The notes under the pieces were generated by a model that was not told the DNA's origin, ran no database searches, and saw nothing but the letters and a program-made list of their open reading frames with translations. Below, piece by piece: positions 18,375 through 28,039 of a stretch of DNA of 62,631 bases (position 1 is the stretch's first letter; each line of letters opens with the position of its first letter). Source of the stretch: Candidatus Thorarchaeota archaeon (GTDB lineage: Archaea; Asgardarchaeota; Thorarchaeia; Thorarchaeales; Thorarchaeaceae); NCBI GenBank assembly GCA_011364905.1, contig RDNZ01000012.1, positions 1 to 62,631 of the forward strand, in the 5' to 3' direction. The position numbers and the translations under genes are program-made.

Positions 18375-19577
18375 TCACTTGAGATCAGGAGGACTTTTAC
18401 TATACCACTTTGGAATCTTCTCCATGGCAGGTTCATAGCCACTCAACACATGACGACCAAGAATCAGTCGTTGTACTTCACTTGTACCCTCATAGATTTG
18501 GTATAACTTGGCATCTCTGAAGATTTTTTCAAGTGGATATTGGTCAATGTAGCCATAGCCACCATGGATTTGGAGCGCCTCACTTGCTATTTCCATTGCT
18601 GCATCAGTAGCAAATGCTTTCGCAACGCTTGCTGGAATAGTTGCATCCCCAATATTATCAGCTGTCCAGGCGGCTTTCAAATAAAGAGCTCTTGAGGCTT
18701 CGAGTTTCATATACATTTCTGCCAGTTTAAACTGGATTACTTCAAACTCTCGCAGTTTCTGAGTGAAGACTTCTCGTTTATTGACATAGTCTCTCGCATA
18801 CTCCATAGCTGAACGTGCCAGTCCAGTAGCAAAGGCTGCGATTGCTGGTCGAGTCATCGCAAAAGTCCTCATAGCAATCACAAACCCAGATCCCTCTGCT
18901 CCTAAGAGATTCTCCTCAGGAATCTTGGCATCACGAAGCATCACAGAGGATGTTGTGGAGGCCCTGTGACCCATCTTTTCGATGGGACGACCAGTCTTGA
19001 GTCCAGGGGTGTCAGCATCCACAATGAATGCACAGAGTGCCTTGTGCCTCTTACTTGGGTCAAGGCTGGCGAACACCGTGAAATAATCTGCGTGCGGCGC
19101 ATTTGTAATCCAAAACTTGGATCCATTCAGGACATAGTGGCTCCCTTCTTTCTTAACCCGTGTCTGTATCCCAGCCACATCAGAACCCATGCCGGGTTCT
19201 GAACACGCAAAGCTGACAAACTTGAGATCTTCGGTCAGTGGTCGGAGATACTTCTCTTTCTGCTCATCAGTTCCAGCTATGAGGATAGGTTCAGCACCTA
19301 GTGAGTTCACATAGATGCTCGTGGTCATTCCAGCGCATCCAGCAGCCATCTCTTCTACTGTTATGCACTGTTCAATAGAGCCTAATCCAGGGCCCCCATA
19401 TTCTCTTGGGATGGAGAGGTTCATTAATCCCTCTTCCCAGCACTTTTGGATTATTGGACGTGGAAATTCTCCAGTTTTGTCGTAATAGTGCGCATACGGA
19501 ATCATATACTCTTGCGCAAAATCCCTTGCTTTCTTCTGAAGCTCTTGTTGTTTGTCGGTTAGTCTGAAGTCAACCAT
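18375..19577 (-). CDS. Acyl-CoA dehydrogenase
   Basis: SEPGMGSD, LNGSKFWITN, KMGHR, QIHGGYGY, RDAK..QIYEGT.EVQR. Confidence 0.96.
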   Translation of the reverse strand: MVDFRLTDKQQELQKKARDFAQEYMIPYAHYYDKTGEFPRPIIQKCWEEGLMNLSIPREYGGPGLGSIEQCITVEEMAAGCAGMTTSIYVNSLGAEPILIAGTDEQKEKYLRPLTEDLKFVSFACSEPGMGSDVAGIQTRVKKEGSHYVLNGSKFWITNAPHADYFTVFASLDPSKRHKALCAFIVDADTPGLKTGRPIEKMGHRASTTSSVMLRDAKIPEENLLGAEGSGFVIAMRTFAMTRPAIAAFATGLARSAMEYARDYVNKREVFTQKLREFEVIQFKLAEMYMKLEASRALYLKAAWTADNIGDATIPASVAKAFATDAAMEIASEALQIHGGYGYIDQYPLEKIFRDAKLYQIYEGTSEVQRLILGRHVLSGYEPAMEKIPKWYSKSPPDLK

Positions 19578-19662
19578 AGTGCTCCCTCGATAGTTGTACC
19601 TTCATTTCTTTAAGTAGTATAAGTCAGTTGCTAAATAGCAGCTCATGCATTCAGTAGTGGGC

Positions 19663-21927
19663 CTAGGATGTTGATGTGATGTGTTTCACAACTTCTGGCA
19701 GATTCCACTTCAACTCCAATTCCAGTGCTCCGGACTCTGGTCCAGGACAGCGTCTTACACAAGTCCGACAGGCAACACAGAGCCAAAGGTCTACTTCTAC
19801 GGAACCAAATCCCGGTACTTCATGGTCAAGGATGATGTCCTTTGATGGCTTTACAGCTGCAAGCTGCTTGACAGTCCTATAGAAGAGCGATTTGCTTGAT
19901 GGCAACAGCGAGAGTGCATCATCTGATATCTCAAAGAACTTGGGAATTTCAACTCGCTGTTTTAACTCGATTGCATTCTCCGGGCACGATATTTCACAGG
20001 ACTTGCATCCAAGGCATTTTGACTGATCCCATTCAATGGTGCCAAATCCTAACAGAGGCGCGTAGCCCATCAGAGCTCTATACTCATCAAGGACTGAAGG
20101 AACATCAACATCGGCTAAGTCCGCAAGTGTGATTTTTTGTCTAGTGCTTGGTATTCTTGTACGTGTACGATATGCAAGTAAGACTGCAGATCGTATCTCA
20201 TCCTCTACGTCCACTAATGTGGCTTCATCGACTACAACACCATTCACACGCACGGATGCTAGTTTGTCTCGAGCTTTTGAGAAGACCTCTAACGAGTTGG
20301 TAAGATTCCCAATGTCGGTGGCCTTCAGCTCGTCCAATATTCTGTTAAGCTCCACTCTTGCTTCAGAGAGTTGAAGGACAATGTTACTCACTGTCATTAT
20401 TGCCATTTCAGCATCAGAGAGAGTTCGTGGTACATCATAGAGAACATAACCATGTTCCTCTCCAGCGATGGTGAGAAGTTCATCACGTTTCATTCTGAGC
20501 AGATGTCTAAGAATTCTGTCCTGTGGAATGCTTGTCCGCTCTGCAAGGTCCAATGCAGTCAGAGCCCCAAGCTCTCGAATCAGAACGAGGATTGTGCCTC
20601 TCTCAAGCTCATTTTCCAGATATGTATCCATCATTGTCTGGTAGACTTCGGGGTCCAGTTTTTCTCCATAGACATTAGTCCCAGATACGAGGTTGGGACC
20701 TTTTTCTAGTGTAATCTTGAGACGAAAACGTGCAAAAGCCTCCAATCCAGCAGAAATGAGAAGTCTAAGGTTTTCAGAGTCATCAGATGTTTGAAATGCA
20801 AGAACAGCTTCAGTGGCTTGGTCGACCGTTTCTCTGAGATTGTTAATTGGCTCAGAGAGCGTGGCCTCATCATAGAGTCCCAGGATTTGTAAACGTTCAA
20901 GCAATGTCTGTAGCTTGTTAAGAGACTGGTTCGCAGTTCCGGCGATATCGCCCTCGAGTGACTTGACCATTCCTCGAACCTGTTGTACAATTCGTTTCAA
21001 AACCAGTGTTGAATTCGGCAGTTCCGTGAGAACCTTGGAAAAGACTGGAGCGTCTCCCTCAAGACCCACCATCTCAACCTCTCCTCTCTGGATCATGGTC
21101 AAGAGAGCATTCTGAACTGCCTGCGGAGAAGTTTCCATGAGATTCCCAATCTGTACGACTGTCTTAGAGCCCATTTTTGCAAGTATAAACATGATTACGC
21201 CGCGATAGGCTTCAGTGAGCATGTTTTCGGGGACGAGGGTTTGAAAACGTTCGTCATCAATCCGACCGTCCCTTTTGCCACGTTTGACTTGTGCCGCCGC
21301 TCTCAGTCCTGGACCATACCGGGTCTTTGTCCCGAGTTTTTGAATTTCTTCAAGAGCCACCTCAGGCTCAGCAGATGCGTTTGCTTTGGCTGCATTGAGA
21401 GTTTCAAGTAGAGTGACAAGTTCTGCTCTTGCAGATTCAGCCTCCATCTCAGCAGACTTCTCCAATTCATCCACTGCCGATGCAATCTCAGAAACTAGAC
21501 TAGATATTGTTGAGATCATGGAGCCCATATCGGTCTCAACACTCGTTTCACGACTCTCCTCAGACTTGGTCATTCTGGCAAGGGATTCTGAAAGCAGGCT
21601 ATTCAGTTCTTGCAAAGATTCAGACTCGGTCTTTGACAAGGCGCTCTCAATGTTTGAAATCGATTCTTTGAGAATGCCTCTGTCGTGTATCTCGCTGACC
21701 ATTTTACTCTTATTGACTGCCTCTAAGAACTTATCATAGTAGGAGTCTGGAAATGCAAGGATCGCATCAGTGAAAGGCGCTAGCTCTGTCTTAAGGTTGG
21801 CTAGTTCCTCAGCTACTTTGTTCAGTGGAATTGCGGATTCCTCTTTGAGTCCACCGAGGGCCAGAATCATGTCCAACATGCGTTGTCTCTTTGGAGCGAT
21901 TTCCTTGTCAAGAGTGGGCTGGCTCAT
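19663..21927 (-). CDS. Large helical protein with two wHTH-containing repeats and C-terminal 2x[4Fe-4S] domain (Hdr operon)
   Basis: CLGCKSCEISCP and CVACRTCVRRCP; two E..RG.I..I....G..T... wHTH units; start overlaps the hdrA::mvhD stop. Confidence 0.75.
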   Translation of the reverse strand: MSQPTLDKEIAPKRQRMLDMILALGGLKEESAIPLNKVAEELANLKTELAPFTDAILAFPDSYYDKFLEAVNKSKMVSEIHDRGILKESISNIESALSKTESESLQELNSLLSESLARMTKSEESRETSVETDMGSMISTISSLVSEIASAVDELEKSAEMEAESARAELVTLLETLNAAKANASAEPEVALEEIQKLGTKTRYGPGLRAAAQVKRGKRDGRIDDERFQTLVPENMLTEAYRGVIMFILAKMGSKTVVQIGNLMETSPQAVQNALLTMIQRGEVEMVGLEGDAPVFSKVLTELPNSTLVLKRIVQQVRGMVKSLEGDIAGTANQSLNKLQTLLERLQILGLYDEATLSEPINNLRETVDQATEAVLAFQTSDDSENLRLLISAGLEAFARFRLKITLEKGPNLVSGTNVYGEKLDPEVYQTMMDTYLENELERGTILVLIRELGALTALDLAERTSIPQDRILRHLLRMKRDELLTIAGEEHGYVLYDVPRTLSDAEMAIMTVSNIVLQLSEARVELNRILDELKATDIGNLTNSLEVFSKARDKLASVRVNGVVVDEATLVDVEDEIRSAVLLAYRTRTRIPSTRQKITLADLADVDVPSVLDEYRALMGYAPLLGFGTIEWDQSKCLGCKSCEISCPENAIELKQRVEIPKFFEISDDALSLLPSSKSLFYRTVKQLAAVKPSKDIILDHEVPGFGSVEVDLWLCVACRTCVRRCPGPESGALELELKWNLPEVVKHITSTS

Positions 21928-24089
21928 TCAGTAACCTCCATCCACTTTCCCGCGGTCCCTTTATGGACCGGAGTTGGTCCTAGATTATTTGCACGTTTCA
22001 CCATTTCATTGACCGCGTTCGTGAAGCGGTCAGGCTCCGCACTGAACATCCGGAACATGTCAACTCGGTTGCCATCCCATCCGATTGCATTAAGAATGTC
22101 ACGAGCAACATCAACCTGCACCTGAGCAATCTCGTTTCCTGTTCCTCCTATGTGGCAACGGTCTGTTTCGCAGGATGCAATCATCACAGTACTAGCTCCA
22201 TGTTCGAAAGCCTTGAGAATGTCTATTATGCTGACCCGTCCTGCACAGGGAACCGGAATAAGACGAGTGCTGGCAGGATACTCCATCTTTCTTGTTCCTA
22301 CGATATCAATGGTAGACACTGAACACTCCTCACAGTAGAAACAGAGTGTGATTGGATAGTCAGGGCCGGCGTCCTCAAGAGAAGCAGCAATCTGGTCCCA
22401 CAGTTGGTCGTTTGATAGGAAGTTAAGCTGTGTTGCTCCAGAAGGACATAGGCTCTGGCAGACTCCACATGCATGACAGTTTAGGGTGTCAATTGCAGCT
22501 TTGAAGACTATCTTTTGCTCTTCATCAGCTTCTTCCGTTTCAGTCTGCTCAATCATCAGGGGAACTCCACGAGGACACTGCTGGGCACAGAGGCTGCACC
22601 CGACGCATTCCTCCACATCCAATACAGCGCCACGAGAGGTGGTTTCTATTTTTCCTCCCTGCAACTCGTTGTGTATGATGAGCGTGCCGGCTTGAGCATC
22701 CGTCACAGCTTCAAAAACAAACTGAGGTCGTGTCACTCCGCCCACAGCAACAACACCACGTCTGCGTGTTTCGTTCCTTCTCAACTTGCCATAGAGCTCC
22801 TTCACGTGCCCATCATCTTCAAGGGCATAACCCAAGGTCTCTGAGAGTTCGGAGGTTCCATCAGGGGGGAGGATAGCAGAAGAGAGAACCAGTAGGTCCA
22901 CAGGCGTTTCAAAATACTTGTCAAGAAGAGAGTCATAGATTCGTACACGGGTGTTCCCATCCTGCTTCCAGGTCATGCTGACTCGGCCACGGATATAGTC
23001 AACTCCCTTTTCACGTGATTCTTTGTAGATCATTTCATTTTCAAATGGTACCCTAATGTCCATGTAGACAATGGTGACTTGGGCGTCAGGGTTCCTCTTG
23101 AGAATTTCTAGGGAATTATCAATCGCGAAGGTACAGCATAGTTTGCTGCAGTCTTTCTTGTAGTTCTCATCTCTGCTTCCTACGCATTGGACCATTACTA
23201 CATTATTGACTGGCTTTCCATCAGATGGTCTGACGAGATCACCCTCGGAGAGCATATTTGAAAGCTCAAACTGGGTGAGAACATCAGGATTCTTTCCATA
23301 GAGATACTCTTCCATAGAAATGGGCTTGAATTCCTTGTAACCGGTAGCTAGTACCACGGCTGAAGTTTGCAGGGTCTTTTCCATATCATCTTCTGATGAA
23401 TAGTGAACCGTGAAGTCCCCCATCTCTCCCGTGATGAATTTGACCTTCGTCTTCATCATTGTCACTATATTCTTATCATTCTGGAGTGCCTCAAGTCGAC
23501 CACTGAGAATCTCTTTCCCTGATTTACCTGTGGGAGCTACTACTGGGAGACTCTTGACATGGCCTCCAAGTTCCTCAGAGATTTCTAGCAGGGAGACATC
23601 GTAGCCAAGATTGGAGAGACTGAGCGCTGACTCGATTCCTGCAATACCGCCTCCAATCACGGTGACGTGGGTGGCAATTTCTTTTTGCTCTAGAGTACGT
23701 TTTGACGACTTCGCGGACCTGGCTAGCGTGCCTCGAATCATGTCCAGAGACTTTTTGCTAGCTTCAGTCATATCATTATGTACCCATGCGGAGTGTTCTC
23801 TGATATTCGTATACTGAATCTGAGAGCTGTCAACGCCTTTTGAAGCCAGATACTGGTCTATTCGTGGCTGGATTTTCTGGTTAGTACATGCTGCAATCAC
23901 GAGATGCCCATCACTAGCTTTGAGAAGCTCTGAGATCTTCTCCAGTCCGTCATCCTGGCAAACGGAGTCATGGACTGTAGCTGAAGAAGTCAGATTCAGG
24001 CTCTTGACCTGGGTATCCAGGAAGTCATAATCTAACTGAAGTTGTTTGCCACAGGTACAGACGAGCACTGCTGATTTTTTGTCATCCAT
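21924..24089 (-). CDS. HdrA-like flavoprotein fused to ferredoxin and MvhD domains (QmoB-like architecture)
   Basis: CTCG, NIREH, GGGIAG, QCVGSRD..CSKLCC, two CxxCxxCxxxCP, C-terminal FYCEEC...PCAGR...SCETDRCH MvhD. Confidence 0.9.
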   Translation of the reverse strand: MDDKKSAVLVCTCGKQLQLDYDFLDTQVKSLNLTSSATVHDSVCQDDGLEKISELLKASDGHLVIAACTNQKIQPRIDQYLASKGVDSSQIQYTNIREHSAWVHNDMTEASKKSLDMIRGTLARSAKSSKRTLEQKEIATHVTVIGGGIAGIESALSLSNLGYDVSLLEISEELGGHVKSLPVVAPTGKSGKEILSGRLEALQNDKNIVTMMKTKVKFITGEMGDFTVHYSSEDDMEKTLQTSAVVLATGYKEFKPISMEEYLYGKNPDVLTQFELSNMLSEGDLVRPSDGKPVNNVVMVQCVGSRDENYKKDCSKLCCTFAIDNSLEILKRNPDAQVTIVYMDIRVPFENEMIYKESREKGVDYIRGRVSMTWKQDGNTRVRIYDSLLDKYFETPVDLLVLSSAILPPDGTSELSETLGYALEDDGHVKELYGKLRRNETRRRGVVAVGGVTRPQFVFEAVTDAQAGTLIIHNELQGGKIETTSRGAVLDVEECVGCSLCAQQCPRGVPLMIEQTETEEADEEQKIVFKAAIDTLNCHACGVCQSLCPSGATQLNFLSNDQLWDQIAASLEDAGPDYPITLCFYCEECSVSTIDIVGTRKMEYPASTRLIPVPCAGRVSIIDILKAFEHGASTVMIASCETDRCHIGGTGNEIAQVQVDVARDILNAIGWDGNRVDMFRMFSAEPDRFTNAVNEMVKRANNLGPTPVHKGTAGKWMEVTE

Positions 24090-24098
24090 CTATCAGTT

Positions 24099-25358
24099 TC
24101 ACTTCCTGCTTTGGAGTATCTTAGACACAACAGCACGGGCCTGGGTCACACTCTCAGGCACTTCAGCAGGACCCAAGGCGGTGCCACATGCATAGATGTG
24201 ATCACCTATCACGACCTCGTCTTCTGAAGCTGGATCTGCGGCTGCCACAAATCCACTTGCAGACTTTATTCCAAGTGTTTCAATGAGTTTGTCCATCCCT
24301 TCTGGCGGTTCAAGCGCTGAGGACAGCACAAAGAGGTCCACCGTGAACTTGAGATATTTATTGAGTAGAGAGTCATAGACTGTAATGTCTAGGGTATCAT
24401 CTTCACGAGGCTGAACAAGCGAAACTCTACCTCGAAGAAACTCCACTCCTGACTCTCGGGACCGACGATAGTAACGCTCGTACCTCTCATATGTGCGTAT
24501 ATCCATGTAGACAACGCTGACCCGAACATCATCTCGTTCTTGTGTTAGAATACTGGCGTGTTTAAGAGCAAAGATACAACATATCTTGGAACAGTAGGGA
24601 TAGTAGTTCTCATCCCTACTTCCCACGCACTGCACCATCATCACTCGTTTTGCAGGCTTTCCATCAGACGGGCGTACAAGAACTCCACCTGAGTCACTAT
24701 TTGGATCGATTATTTTTGCCAGTTCAAGCTGGGTTATGATGTTAGGATATTTCCCATACTTGTACTCATCCACATTGATTGGCTGTAATTCATGATAACC
24801 GGTTGCAATGATTATATCCGAAACCTGTATTGTTTCTTCAACGGGTTGCGCGTTCAGGTTGATTGCCTTTGTCGGACACTCCTCCTCAGCCTGCTTTGCA
24901 CCATCGTCAGTCTTTTCAGGGTTGAAAACAACAGCTTGTGGCTGGCACTGTGGTGACAATAAATGAAAAGCCTTTGATTTCTCCAAGCAGAGCCCGCACA
25001 TTGTACACTTCCTTGGGTGAATGTATTCTGGACCTTTCGTGAGCTTCACTTTGAACTGCCCAGGGGCCCCTGAGATCTCATCTATTTCGCTGTTCATCTT
25101 CAGCGTTATGTTAGGTTGATCAATAAGCGCACTTCTATAGAAACACTTACGGATTCCTGGACGCCATCGGTTTCCTTCAAAACAGTAGAAGCAATCGTCA
25201 GTTGGGAATGCCTTGTAAAGGTCGAGGGCATTGCCTCCTACAGTTTCTTTGCGTTCAACGAGAATTGCTTTGATTCCCGAGTCTGCAAGCTCAACAGCAG
25301 CTGTCATGCCTGCTACGCCGGCTCCAATGACAAGGACCGGATTGGACATGTCTTTCAC
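24099..25358 (-). CDS. hdrA: Short HdrA-like flavoprotein (QmoA-sized)
   Basis: IGAGVAG, KAFPTDDC, QCVGSRD...CSKICC, YMDIR. Confidence 0.88.
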   Translation of the reverse strand: MKDMSNPVLVIGAGVAGMTAAVELADSGIKAILVERKETVGGNALDLYKAFPTDDCFYCFEGNRWRPGIRKCFYRSALIDQPNITLKMNSEIDEISGAPGQFKVKLTKGPEYIHPRKCTMCGLCLEKSKAFHLLSPQCQPQAVVFNPEKTDDGAKQAEEECPTKAINLNAQPVEETIQVSDIIIATGYHELQPINVDEYKYGKYPNIITQLELAKIIDPNSDSGGVLVRPSDGKPAKRVMMVQCVGSRDENYYPYCSKICCIFALKHASILTQERDDVRVSVVYMDIRTYERYERYYRRSRESGVEFLRGRVSLVQPREDDTLDITVYDSLLNKYLKFTVDLFVLSSALEPPEGMDKLIETLGIKSASGFVAAADPASEDEVVIGDHIYACGTALGPAEVPESVTQARAVVSKILQSRK

Positions 25359-25359
25359 C

Positions 25360-26226
25360 TCACCCGCTCAGATGATCAAGGATTGGGGCGGCAGGTACCC
25401 TGTTCATGCTTAGACCTACTTCCTCCTCATCCATTCCTATGGCCAAACCAAGAATTTGAGGATAAAGAAGAACAGGGAGGTTGTACTCCTCGCCATAGGA
25501 TTCCTTTAGACCAAGTTGCTGTAAATCCAATTGGTTTCCGCATGCAGGACAAACTACAGTAACAAATTCAGCACCATTTTCCTTCATAGATTTCAATTTA
25601 TCACGTGCCAACCGGATTCCGAGATTCTCATCCACTGGTAGAACTGTGGCACCGCAACATTGTTTCCATATGGGATATTCAATAACCTTTGCTCCAGTAG
25701 CTTCAATCAATTCATTGAGATACTCCCGCTTGAACTCGGTTACATCAGCTGGACGGAGAAGATGGCAACCATAGTGGATTGCGATTCCTACACCATCTAG
25801 AGGCTTTGTCACCTTTTTCTGTATCTCCGTGATACCGATATCCGTATACAGTGCTTCAACAAAATGACGTGGTGTGATTGTGCCCTTAAACTCCAGTCCT
25901 TCCTTCTTCAGGATTGTATTGACCTGTTTCCTATGATTAGCATCATGCTTTAGAAAATGATAAACATCCTTGAGTGACCCAAAACACCCATTGCAGGGTG
26001 TGACAATATCATGCCCGTTTTTCTCAGCAATTGCCAAGGTCCGTGCGTTTACCGTGAGCCACGCCATGTAATCAATAGAACGTAGGTTGGGACTGCCGCA
26101 ACAGCCGACACCCTCCATGTATTCTAGTTGTATATCAAAGGCCTCTGCAACTTTGATCATGGCTGCTTCATAGTTGGGGTAGTTTGCAGGCACACTGCAA
26201 CCCATGTATAGGTTGTATACAGGCAT
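25360..26226 (-). CDS. hdrB: Heterodisulfide reductase subunit B
   Basis: Two CCG domains: GC..CCG..CNGC and HYGCH..CCG..CPAC. Confidence 0.93.
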   Translation of the reverse strand: MPVYNLYMGCSVPANYPNYEAAMIKVAEAFDIQLEYMEGVGCCGSPNLRSIDYMAWLTVNARTLAIAEKNGHDIVTPCNGCFGSLKDVYHFLKHDANHRKQVNTILKKEGLEFKGTITPRHFVEALYTDIGITEIQKKVTKPLDGVGIAIHYGCHLLRPADVTEFKREYLNELIEATGAKVIEYPIWKQCCGATVLPVDENLGIRLARDKLKSMKENGAEFVTVVCPACGNQLDLQQLGLKESYGEEYNLPVLLYPQILGLAIGMDEEEVGLSMNRVPAAPILDHLSG

Positions 26227-26227
26227 C

Positions 26228-26785
26228 TCACTCACCACTGTCCACTATTTTGTTGGTTCGGGTTTCCTTGAGGATGTTCTTCAAAGCATCAACGGATAGA
26301 CCAGGCACCTCTGGCTCAAGTCCCATGTCCTCACGCTCCCAGTCTGCGGTCACTGTGTAGAGTTGACCCTTCTCTAGGAGCTCCTTCGCCAGACCAATGA
26401 TATTAGCAGGAATCTTACCTTCCTCAGCTGCTAGGTTCTTACAGTCAAAGAAAATGTCAGTAACCCGTACTTTCTGAGGACAACGTTCTTGACATTGAAA
26501 ACATGTCAAACAAAGCCAGATTTCGTCAGAGGAGAGGACCTCATCACGCATTCCTAGAAGTATCATTCGGATTAGCTGGTGTGGTTTATACTTCCAGATA
26601 TTCGCAATGGGGCATGCTGCTGTACATGTCGAGCAGGCAAAACAAGCAGACAGCTCCTCGCCATTTGGCATACTATGAATCTCTTCCCGAAACTTGACAT
26701 CAAGTTTGGACATTTCAATAGGTTCGGTCAAAGTGACTGGAGGACCAGCCGGTTCTTTTGTTTCAGCCATGGGTGCGCACCGCAT
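26228..26785 (-). CDS. hdrC: Heterodisulfide reductase subunit C
   Basis: CFACSTCTAACP and WLCLTCFQCQERCP. Confidence 0.93.
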   Translation of the reverse strand: MRCAPMAETKEPAGPPVTLTEPIEMSKLDVKFREEIHSMPNGEELSACFACSTCTAACPIANIWKYKPHQLIRMILLGMRDEVLSSDEIWLCLTCFQCQERCPQKVRVTDIFFDCKNLAAEEGKIPANIIGLAKELLEKGQLYTVTADWEREDMGLEPEVPGLSVDALKNILKETRTNKIVDSGE

Positions 26786-26866
26786 GAGAGTTTAAGCTAT
26801 GTCGCCAGTTGGCAGACCCATTCTTTTGCCTATATTAAAAGTTTGCAGAGACGGCTAATATTCGAA

Positions 26867-27079
26867 TCACTGCTTTGGAAGCCCTTTCTTATAGATTAAG
26901 TAGAGGATAAGAATCGAACAAAACACGATTATTGACACATAGACGGTGGGCGTTAGAATACTGAATCCCCAGGTGTATCCTTCTGCTATCCTCAGCTCCC
27001 ATATTACTCCTCCTGCGGTAGCAAGTAAAATGCATACTAGACCAACTAGATAGAATTGCCATTTCTGATGTAATGACAT
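26867..27079 (-). CDS. Small 2-TM membrane protein
   Basis: 70 aa, two hydrophobic segments, basic C-terminus. Confidence 0.55.
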   Translation of the reverse strand: MSLHQKWQFYLVGLVCILLATAGGVIWELRIAEGYTWGFSILTPTVYVSIIVFCSILILYLIYKKGLPKQ

Positions 27080-27119
27080 GGATTTACCAATATTCTAGGG
27101 GTTCTTAGTACTTTCTATA

Positions 27120-27407
27120 CTACTCACTTCGAATCAGATTCAATAATCTTTCAACTCTGATTCTTAGTTGTTCATACGAATCCAAAGATGCGTGCCGGGT
27201 TTCAGTGCTTGCTCTGATAATGTACGCTTTGAGGTCTTCTGTGTTCCCCTTCATGTTTGTTAGAATCGCGCTACCTTCATTCAACAGTTTCAGAGTATTA
27301 GTCAGCGAAACTTGGAATTTGTCATGCTCTCGGGTTAGCTTTTGTTGGCTTTGGTCTATAAACTCAATAAGTGACCTTACCTCAATGATCAGGTCCTCTT
27401 TCTTCAT
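27120..27407 (-). CDS. Hypothetical helical protein downstream of gins15
   Basis: 95 aa, amphipathic helical pattern; starts 2 nt after the gins stop. Confidence 0.65.
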   Translation of the reverse strand: MKKEDLIIEVRSLIEFIDQSQQKLTREHDKFQVSLTNTLKLLNEGSAILTNMKGNTEDLKAYIIRASTETRHASLDSYEQLRIRVERLLNLIRSE

Positions 27408-27409
27408 TC

Positions 27410-28039
27410 CTAGAGGCCCTCCTCAACAACGATACGGACAACTGTACCGTCGCGCAGCCAAGCTCTTGCATTAGCTGCAGGGATCATCGCAATATCCTCC
27501 TTCTTGAATGGTCCATAGGTTTTCTCATCAAGGCCTAGGAAAGCGGCAGAAATTGGACGAAGAAATCGTACGGTCACATACTCAATCATATCGGAAGCAG
27601 GTTGAGTTTCAGATTCATCGTCACTAATCCGCTCTATTGGTTTTGCACCAGCCAATGACTCTTTGACAAATTCCATATGACCATCAAGCGCTCTTTGTGC
27701 CCTGTTGTACAACTCCTCCTCTGCAAGGGTCATATCACCTCTAGGTCGATGCCCTGCGAGGATTGCTTTCAGGATTTTTTGTCTGCGAAGAACCAGCAAG
27801 TCCTCTATCATGAACTCAAGGTTGAGAGCTTCCTGTGTTAGCATATCAGCTTGAATCCGTTTGTCTGCATCTACAGATGCTAGAGATAAACGTACACTAG
27901 AAAGATAGGCAATCATTTTACTAAGACGTAGATCACCTAGGTCTTGGAGTCCTTCATTCCTGACTTCATTCTCCCAGGTCGTTTTAATGTCGTCATATCC
28001 CAAATCACTCAATGATAGCAACTCCTTTACATAGCGCAA
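27410..28039 (-). CDS. gins15: GINS subunit (Gins15/Gins51 type)
   Basis: W.NE.....LQ.L, R..KI, MTLAEEELY, C-terminal B domain VRFL...FLG.D.KTYGPFKKEDIA.IP.ANA; follows priS. Confidence 0.88.
   Translation of the reverse strand: MRYVKELLSLSDLGYDDIKTTWENEVRNEGLQDLGDLRLSKMIAYLSSVRLSLASVDADKRIQADMLTQEALNLEFMIEDLLVLRRQKILKAILAGHRPRGDMTLAEEELYNRAQRALDGHMEFVKESLAGAKPIERISDDESETQPASDMIEYVTVRFLRPISAAFLGLDEKTYGPFKKEDIAMIPAANARAWLRDGTVVRIVVEEGL

Noticed and set aside
16344-26785. Selenocysteine (in-frame UGA) in MvhD/HdrA, known from some archaea including Asgard
   Set aside because: All relevant positions are Cys codons in uninterrupted ORFs; no read-through is needed and no convincing SECIS was seen
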